A stretch of DNA of 64,000 nt from contig OZ024741.1 of the NCBI GenBank assembly GCA_964016885.1, positions 40,734,001 through 40,798,000 of the forward strand, written 5' to 3'. Positions 55,054 through 64,000 of the stretch are shown here, one piece after another. This stretch comes from Eledone cirrhosa. Taxonomy: Eukaryota. Positions within the stretch are counted from its first letter, which is position 1. Each line of letters starts with the position of its first letter. Made by a program: the position numbers and the translations under genes. Under the pieces are notes generated by a model. That model was not told the DNA's origin and made no database searches. It was given only the letters and a program-made list of their open reading frames with translations.

Positions 55054-57821
55054 CATCATCATCATCATCATCACCGTTTTACGTCCGTTCTTCCACGCTA
55101 GCATGGGTTAGACGGGTTGTCCTGTTGTGGGCAGTGTCTGGTCGGCTGACCATGCCTTGCTCATACAGGAACTGATTTGGCTTGATTTCTACAGCTGGAT
55201 GCCCTTCCTAACACCAACCTCATTTACAGTGAGTGCTGGGTGCTTTTTCCTGGCACCTACACGTCCACTTTACAGTGTAGGCTAGGTCCTTTTTTGCCGT
55301 GGCACCTCCACGACCACCTTGCAGTGGGAGGGTGTGGGGGCATATTGTCTATATGCTTCAGCTTGTACCCATGGGAGGTCGGGTACTCTGTATTACTGCG
55401 TGACGCCAGAGGTCACGGTCGTCTGTCATCGCCTTTGAAAGGTGTAATTGGGTAAGGTCGGCTTTTATCACCTCATCCCAGGTCATCTTGGGTCTCCCCC
55501 ACTCCGCGGTTTCATTCGACTTCTAGTGCTCTGCACCTTTTTATGCAGCTGTCATCCTTCATACGCATCACATGTCCATACCAACGCATCCGCCTCTCCT
55601 GCACACAGCATTTGATTCCTCTTATGCTCAGTCTCTCTCTCAATTCATTTATGCTTTGTCGTTCGCGTATATTACTATTACACATCCATCGGAGCATGCA
55701 GGCTTCGTTTCTCTCTAATCTACGTAAGTCTTCCACCTTCAGCGCCCAGGGCTCACTACTATGTAACATTGCTGTTCGGATACACGCATCATACAGTCTG
55801 CCTTTCATTTTGAGGGAGAAACCTTTTGCAGCTAGCAGAGGTAGTAGTTCTCCAAACTTCTTCCATCCCGTTCTTACCCTAGTTATTGTATTTTCTGAAC
55901 ACCCACCTCTGCTGCTAATCCGGTCACCTAGGTAGCAGAAGCTGTCTACTGTCTCTACAGAGCCCTCCCAGAGATTGGTGGTACTTGTTTCCTGTGGCTG
56001 TTTGCTGCTTGCTGTCCTAGCACAGCTGCTACATGTGAAGCCTACATTCTTAATTAAGCTTCCTGAGATCCCGCTACATCTCTTGTGTACCCATTGTTTG
56101 CATTTGGGGCAGAAAATGGAGTTCCTACCTACACCTTTCCTACATACTGAGCAAGGCCATTTCCCTGAGGGGATCTGGGTTCTGTTTTCTCGTCTACTTA
56201 CAAGGACCTTAGTCTTTGTCATGTTGACTTTGAGACCCTTTCTTTCTAGTCCCTGCTTCCAAGTTTGGAATTTCTTCTCTAGTTCTACCATAGATTCAGC
56301 TATAAGTGCGAGGTCATCAGCATACAGGAGTTCCCATGGGCATCCGGTCTTAAACTCCTCCGTTATTGCCTGCAGGACTATGATGAACAGGAGAGGGCTA
56401 AGAACAGAGCCCTGGTGGACCCCAACCTGTACGCTAAATTCCTCGCTATACTCATTGCTAAACCTAACTTTGCTGACTGCTCCCCTATACATGGCTTGTA
56501 CAGCTTTTACAAGCCATTCATCTACTCCTAGTTTTCTAAGAGCCCACCAGATTACAGCACGTGGAACTCTGTCAAAGGTTTTCTCAAGATCGACGAATGC
56601 CAGGTAGAGTGGCTTACTTTTAGCTAGGTACTTTTCCTCTAACTGCCTCACAAGGAAGAGGGCATCAGTGGTGCCTCTTCCTGGTACAAACCCAAATTGC
56701 ATCTCATCTTGTTTCACCCGGTCCCTAATCAACTGTGCTATAACTCTTTCTGTTACTTTCATGACCTAGTCCATCAGCTTTATACCTCTATAGTTTCCTC
56801 TATCGAGTGCATCACCTTTACCTTTGTAGCAGTTGACAATGATGCTACTGCACCAATCTTTTGGTATGACACCTTCTATTATTACCTGGTTAACAATATG
56901 TGTGGTTATAGTGTGACCTACAGACCCAGATGCCTTCAGCATCTCGGCAGCTATACCCGATGGACCGGTTGCCTTCCCCATCTTCATATCTTTGATTGCC
57001 TTACTTACTACGCTGCTGCTGACTTGTACTGCTGGCCCCTCTATAGGGTCTACTTGGGGTAGGGTCTCTTCTTCCCATGCATTCTCCTCATTTAGTAATC
57101 TATCATAATGACACTTCCATGCATCTTTCTTCTCAGCACTTGTGAGGGCAAGCTCACCTTTATACACTTCTCTCCAATGACATCACAATTCTCTCTGACA
57201 CACTGCCTCGCAATCTTGAACACCTCCTGTTTCTGGTCCTCACGTTGCAAAACATGCTTGAATTTTCTATCCTCTGCTTCCCTCCTAGCTAAGTATACTT
57301 GTCGCCTAGCTTCCCTCTTGGTCTGTATGTAATGTACCCTGCTCCCCCCGTTCTTTCATTCTTTCCATGCCTGTCTCTTGGCCTTAACTGCCTCATCTAC
57401 CTTATTGTTCCACCACCAAGTCACTCTCCTCCTGCTTGTGGTCTTACTCCAACCACAGACCTCATCTGTCGTCTCTAGTAAGTTATTTTTTAGGAACTCC
57501 CAGTGCTCTTCTACATTGAATGTCTCTCTTTATCTGTTCTTCTTTACTGTCGTAGGCGTTGAGTAAAATATCTTTAAATCTGTTACTGGCTGAGGGGTCT
57601 TTCAGCTTCCAGATCTTTCTTCTCCAGGTTCGTCTAGTTTTGACTGTGAGGTCGCTGACAACTAAGCTATGTTGGGAGGTACATTCCTCACTAGCGAAGG
57701 CTTTTGTGTTTACGACCGTCCTTCTGTCATGTCCTCTGATGAGGATAAAATCTATCTGACTAGAATGCTCCCCTGATCTATAGGTGATCAGGTGGTTGTC
57801 ACCTATAGATCAGGGGAGCAT
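55054..57821 (-). mobile_element. RTE-clade LINE, 2.7 kb, 5'-truncated with terminal inversion
   Basis: (CAT)n tail, RT motifs, APE C-terminus (SQIDFIL), (TA)n flanks. Same family as the three satellite copies. Confidence 0.95.
55358..57798 (-). pseudogene. Disrupted RTE ORF (APE end, RT, PHD finger)
   Basis: YKGKGDALDRGNYRGIKL, QFGFVPGRGTTDALF, AFVDLEKTFDRVPR, GVHQGSVLSPLLF, LLYADDLAL. Stops near 56766 and 55512 and a frameshift near 57170. Confidence 0.93.
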
Positions 57822-57845
57822 ATATATATAAATATATATATTTAT

Positions 57846-58070
57846 ATACATAGAAAATGTAGGAATTTCAGGTAAGTACCAACACAGTTTATTGGTATAA
57901 ATAATAATTAAGAAAATCGAGTAAAGTATTTTGGAGTAAATGATTTTCTGAGCTATTATTTATAACAATCAACTGTGTTTACTGTTACTTTCTGCATCTG
58001 GGACTCCTACATTTTCTATGTATTTCATTGTAGGGCACCTGAGCACTTTACACAATATTTTCATTTTTAT
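57846..58070 (+). mobile_element. Degenerate tailed foldback (family C-like)
   Basis: ATACATAGAAAATGTAGGA...AACACAGTTTATTGGTATAAATAATA is inverted at ~57955-58023. Tail contains GTAGGGCACCT, similar to GTAGGACACCT at 48680. Confidence 0.55.
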
Positions 58071-58078
58071 ACAATAGA

Positions 58079-58423
58079 GGCACATGGCTTAGTGGTTAGA
58101 ACATTGGCCTTGCAATCGAAAGGTTGTGAGTTCAATTCTCAGACTGGGTGATGTGTTGTTTCCTTGAGCAAGACACTTTATTTCACATTGCTCCAGTTTA
58201 CTCAGCTGTAGAAATGAGATGATAGGGACTGGGGTCCATATCATTCCACTGCAAAGTGGTTGTGGAAGTGCCACGGCAAAAAAGCACCCAGCACTCACTG
58301 TAAATGTGGTTGGTGTTAGGAAGGGCATCGAGCTGTAGAAATCAAACCAGAATCAGTTCCCGTCCCACCCTTGCAAGCAGGGAAAAAGCGGACGTAAAAT
58401 GAAATGATGATGAAATGATGATA
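58079..58423 (+). mobile_element. Full-length tRNA-derived SINE with RTE-derived 3' end
   Basis: A box TGGCTTAGTGG (58085), B box GAGTTCAATTC (58128). The 3' half AAAAGCACCCAGCACTCACTGTAAATG..GTTGGTGTTAGGAAGGGCATC..GCTGTAGAAATCAA..CGGACGTAAAA(TGA)n matches the RTE 3' UTR. Confidence 0.88.
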
Positions 58424-58534
58424 ACTACTCACCACTTTCAGTGTTTGATACTATGCATACAATGTTTATATATATATATATATATATACATACATGCACC
58501 ACACACACATATATATATATATATATGATATATA

Positions 58535-58780
58535 TAAACGATCTTTCATAAAAGTATCTGACTATTTTTTCCCATGGAAAATAATGGTTAGGGAAACAAA
58601 TGTGTATAAAGTGGAATCACATTCAAGGCTTTTTGTGAGCTCACTGGATGCATCAATCACTGTCAGGCAGCCAACATGTGAAGTATTGCATTACTTACTT
58701 ATTGCATTTTCATTTTGCTAAATACTGCCAACAAAGATCCTGAGTTCTTCAATATTCTGATAACTGGAGATGAACAATTG
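58535..58780 (+). mobile_element. Mariner remnant
   Basis: TANKDPEFFNILITGDEQL (58724-58780; ITGDE first-Asp motif) and TIR-like AAAAGTATCTGACT near 58549. Confidence 0.5.
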
Positions 58781-59225
58781 AATCCCACCAATATGTAATT
58801 TTTTCTAATTCTAATGCCAGATACTGAAAACATTTTATATTATTATTATTCACTCACAAATACACTTAGATATCCACCATGGTAAGAATGAAAACAAATT
58901 TTGTTTTTAGTTTTTGGCAAAGCTGGTAGTAAAATTGCCCAGTATGCAAATGAGACTAATCAGCTGATGTATACATTTGAGAATACTATGTATTCTCAGC
59001 AGTTCCAGTGGGTAGCAGTGAACATAATACACAGTCTCAATAAGGAACAAGACACTCTGAAACAATATTGTTGATTGTTTTCTCTCAGCTACCGCTGGAA
59101 CAAAAGGGTGATGTTGGTCATCTAACACATGGTGTTTATGAGGCTGTTTGCTTGGAAACAAACTGAATATTAATATTATATTTGTTTCTACTTTTGGCAA
59201 AAGGCCAGCAAAGACCCAGTACATT

Positions 59226-59373
59226 ACTGGTACTTTATTTTATCGCCCCCGTAAGGATGAAAGTTAACAAAGTTAACCCCGGCGGGATTTGAACTCAGAA
59301 TGGCAAGGGCCCTAACTCTATGCTTCAAAGCATGACGTCCGACCCTCTGCCGATACTGCCAATTCACCGCCCT
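59226..59373 (-). mobile_element. CORE-type tRNA SINE fragment
   Basis: Reverse complement AGGGCGGTGAATTGGCAGTATCGG...GAGTTCAAATCCCGCCGGGGTTAACTTTG...TCATCCTTACGGGGGCGATAAAATAAAGTACCAGT. Confidence 0.65.
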
Positions 59374-59515
59374 ACTGAATATTAATAATATTATGATATT
59401 ATTATAATATTGTTGTTATTCGCTCACAAATACACTTAGGTATCCACCAAGTTAAAAGTGAAAAGAAACTTTGTTTTTATAATACATACATATATATATT
59501 TATATATATATATAT

Positions 59516-59667
59516 GTTCATCCCAGGTTCAATCGGGGCAACCACAGTAAGTACGGTACTCAATACATAGCAGAGTATAAATATTTAATATAGAAATGGC
59601 TTCTATAGGACTAGAACTGTTTCATTTGGAGTTCTAGTCCTGTAGAAGCCATTTCTATATTAAACAT
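59516..59667 (-). mobile_element. Tailed hairpin element (family A)
   Basis: Tail nearly identical to 13295-13361; 38-bp arms 59581-59618/59630-59667. Confidence 0.72.
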
Positions 59668-59671
59668 ATAT

Positions 59672-59874
59672 ATAGGAGAAAGTATGACCCCGACGGCAGA
59701 GCTCAAGCCGTTTCGACGGCTATTTCTGGACTGTTCAGAAATAGTCGTTGAAACGGCTTGAGCTCTGCCGTCGGGGTCATACTTTCTCCTATTACCCACT
59801 CTACTACCCTAAGTATTGAGTACTCTGGTACGTTATGGTCCATCTGGTTCCTTACCACAACTCCTTCATTAAAC
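59672..59874 (+). mobile_element. Tailed hairpin element (family B)
   Basis: 57-bp arms 59672-59728/59736-59792; tail nearly identical to 47630-47706. Confidence 0.75.
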
Positions 59875-59899
59875 ATATATATATATATATATATATATA

Positions 59900-60083
59900 G
59901 TAATAAAAATAAATTTGAAGACTAAAATCCAAAGAGGGCTCGATAAGGATAAATATATATCAAATATAGAGCAAATATTTATTAAAATAAGATTAAAGTT
60001 TAAGCAAAGAATCGCTGCTTTCCCATTAAGGGTGAAAGCAGCGATTCTTTGCTTAAACTTTAATCTGTTATTTTAATAAATAT
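59900..60083 (-). mobile_element. Tailed hairpin element (further family)
   Basis: Arms ~59975-60022/60034-60083 meeting at CTTTC..GAAAG, tail 59900-59974, (TA)n flanks. Confidence 0.6.
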
Positions 60084-60939
60084 ATATATATATACATACA
60101 TACACACATATTATACATATATATAACAAATAAATAAATTCAAAATATAGGAATAAATGTTATGACAATGAGCAAGAAACAAAAGAATTTATTTAAGGAA
60201 AAAAGTCAGTCACATGGTGATGGTGGGAGCAGAGGAGAGGGGCGGCATGGGGGGAGTTATTAAAATTTAATTTAAAAAAAAACAACAAAATTTGATAACA
60301 TTTTTCAAATATACAAACACAACTCCCAGAACATGTGATGTTTTTCTGTTTGTTTTTTTATTGTTTTTTTTAACTGTTTCTTGTTTTCTCTTTTTCTTCC
60401 ATTTTTTTCTTTTTTTTTTCATTTATACAGTTTTGTGTTGAATATCCCAGCATTGCTGTCAAGTTTGGGTTTGATAGCCCTATAAACATTGAGATATTTA
60501 GCTACAGATTTAGGTTTAGATTTACACAGCCCCAATAACTTTCATTACTTTATGGACATTTGTCACCAGAAAAAAATTCTTTTTAATAATCTTTATTTAT
60601 TTCATTCCTGTTTCTTTTTTTATTTCAATTTGTTTTAAAATGATTTTTGTTCTTTTATATATTTTTATCAATAAAAAATGTAGAGAGGGTGCAGTGTGTG
60701 AAAAAAAAACAAAAAAAAAAAACAGACAAAACATTGACACCCCAACATTTCAGGACTGTGTTGTTGTTGTTGTTGGTGGTGGTGGTGTTGTATTATAAAA
60801 CAGACTGGTTTTTGGTGATTCTATATTTTTCTCATATTTTTCAATTTTGAAGAATTTTCATACTTTCATATTTCAGTAGATTCTTGTAAATTTTTGTAGT
60901 ATCAGCTAATATTAGAACAATGGATGTACTGCTTGTAGT

Positions 60940-61106
60940 ATTAGTAATAATAGTAGAAGTAGTAGTTATAGTGGTGGTTGTAGTAGTAGTTATAATAGTG
61001 GTGGTGGTAGTAGTAGTAGTTAGTTCTGTTGTAACTGAAGTGGTAGTTTTGGGTGATGATCTTTGCTGCTTTTGTCTCTTCAAAGAAGACAAAAAAGGCT
61101 ATACAC

Positions 61107-61148
<42 letters not shown>

Positions 61149-61160
61149 TGTAGTAGTAAC
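60940..61160. repeat. (GTA)n-rich microsatellite
   Basis: Direct reading. Confidence 0.85.
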
Positions 61161-61439
61161 AATATAATTATTGTTGTACTTGGTTAATTTTTGTTGATGC
61201 GTTGTCGTCATAGTTGCACAGTTATTGTTATTTTTTTTCTTTAAACGTTATAAAAGTTTGTTGGCAATTAAAGATGACACTGCAAATGTTGTACACACTG
61301 AGCAACAAGACACAGCTACATACATACATATACACACACACAACATTTGTCCACTACAACACTCATTAATCTTGCTTTTTTTTCATAACTAGATTATTTG
61401 ATGTTTTTTTTTTTATTTTCCTTCCAGTTTATGTATGTG

Positions 61440-61533
61440 AATATATTATGCATACACACATGCTCACGCACTTATACATACATTTATATATATATGTATA
61501 TATACATATATACATTTATACATATATATATAC

Positions 61534-61577
<44 letters not shown>

Positions 61578-61800
61578 TTATACATATATATATATACATA
61601 TACATTTATACATATATATACATATACATTTATACATATATATATACATATACATTTATACATATATATATACATATACATATATATATATATATACATT
61701 TATGTAAACACAAGCACACACATATATATATATCATCATCATCGTTTAACGTCTATCTTCCACGCTATATGTATATATATATATATATATAAACACATAT
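61440..61800. repeat. (TA)/(CA) low-complexity tract
   Basis: Direct reading. Confidence 0.85.
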
Positions 61801-62051
61801 ATAATATTATATAATAGATATGCTCACATACACCAGCCAAGTATGTAGTATGTAGGCATGCATGTATATATGTAACAGATGAATGGATGATGACTGTGTT
61901 CAAAACACAATCAGTTAACGTCTTGTGTGACTTTCAGTTCAGTTTTAAATGAAGTTAGAATTTTAGTTCATGACTCTTTCATAATCATTATCATCAACAT
62001 CATTATTATAATTATTATTTGAAAATTTTTTTTTTTTTCCTTGATTCTCCG

Positions 62052-62885
<834 letters not shown>

Positions 62886-63709
62886 GGCTGTAACCTATCC
62901 ATTGTATTTACATCCAAACAAGGATGATTTTGTAAAGTAATTTACAAATCCATTATACATACCAAAACACACGCAATTCTCTCTCACCTAACCTTACCTG
63001 ACGTGGTATAATAACAAATGTATGTGGCAAGGACCTCTAATGTTCAGTCTAGGCTATACTAAACAAATGGTTATGCAAGAGACTCTCATGTTTTAACAAG
63101 ACATTTCTTCTTTGTCCCCTTATTTCTAAATTTTGCTTACAAACTACTCACATACTGATGTCTCCATCACCAAATCTGCCCTCTGTAATTCTTCCTTTTA
63201 CTATAGTGGTCCTTATCTCCAGTAAACATTATATCTATAAATATGCCCCCTTTCATGTTACTCCTTTCTATTATTTGAATACCCTGTCCTTTCTTTAAGT
63301 TTAGCCTTTAGGTTATGTTCACCATAGTTTTTATCATTCTGCCACCTTTCCATGTAACTTTTTTCTTTAATTGGGGTACCTTGGCCTTAATCTAAGTTCC
63401 ACATTAGCCCTTCTCTTACATGTACTTTGACCCATTTTTAAGTTCAGCTGTTGATTTCTGTGATTTTAAGCCCTCTTTCACATTGATCCTTCTTTAAAAT
63501 CATCTTTTGTTGCTAAGTTCTGTTCCCTGTGGTTTTATCCTCCATCCCTCTTTCTATTTACTGGTGTATCTAATCTGCAATAAACTTATCCCTATTTCAG
63601 TTCTGTTCACACCCTCTCAGTTGCTTATTAACCATTTTCCTATCCTTGCCCCCTGCTCTCTATAATGTTTCTTTTTAACCATACCTCTCACTATATGTAT
63701 CTGGTTTAG

Positions 63710-63800
63710 AATAGGTACACTGTATCCCTGCATGTCGTAAAAGGTGACTAAAAGAGTTAACACTAGGAAGGGTATCCAGCCATAAAACATTGCTTCAGAA
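63710..63800 (+). mobile_element. SINE remnant (Nin-domain-like motif plus RTE-type tail motif)
   Basis: CCCTGCATGTCGTAAAAGGTGACTAAAAG followed by AGGAAGGGTATCCAGCCATAAAA. Confidence 0.45.
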
Positions 63801-64000
63801 AGGACCCTAATATAAGTATGAAGCCTAATTTAGCAGAGCCAAAAAAAAAACACACTTAACTCCCCCAATCATCATAAAAACTCTTTCCTTATCACTGCTA
63901 ACAAACTCTTCTAGTTATCAGAAGGCCCTAGATCTGTGCTCCTAAAAATGTATTTCATTTATTTACAGACCCTACCTATGTAATCCTATGTCTGTCTAAG

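Noticed and set aside
58079-58150. tRNA gene
   Set aside because: A and B boxes are present, but there is no acceptor stem and it continues into a SINE body.
62900-63690. Possible decayed LINE on the minus strand (KPQG motif)
   Set aside because: Many stops and no second RT motif that could be confirmed by eye.

Overview
AT-rich, repeat-dominated animal DNA with no supportable host gene. The tRNA-derived SINE types, RTE tails and dense (TA)n suggest a cephalopod such as Octopus (inference). Positions 1-42696 are a head-to-tail satellite of an ~89-bp quasi-palindromic unit resembling a Tc1/mariner MITE, with units separated by variable (TA)n and organised in kb-scale higher-order repeats. The array carries three copies of one 5'-truncated RTE LINE insertion, a small hairpin element, and a Penelope-like element (PLE) with 702-bp inverted repeats, a GIY-YIG C-terminus and two hammerhead ribozyme motifs. 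It ends at a Helitron-like element. Positions 42.7-64 kb hold RTE, CR1-like, Ingi-like, SINE, mariner and piggyBac-like remnants. The main hidden signal is about ten foldback elements (inverted arms, usually with a one-sided tail) sitting in microsatellites, many with minimal type I hammerhead cores, including a U3-A8 compensatory variant. Three of these loci have GIY-YIG remnants inside or next to them. Nearly all ORFs in the supplied track are repeat artefacts. All alignments were done by eye.
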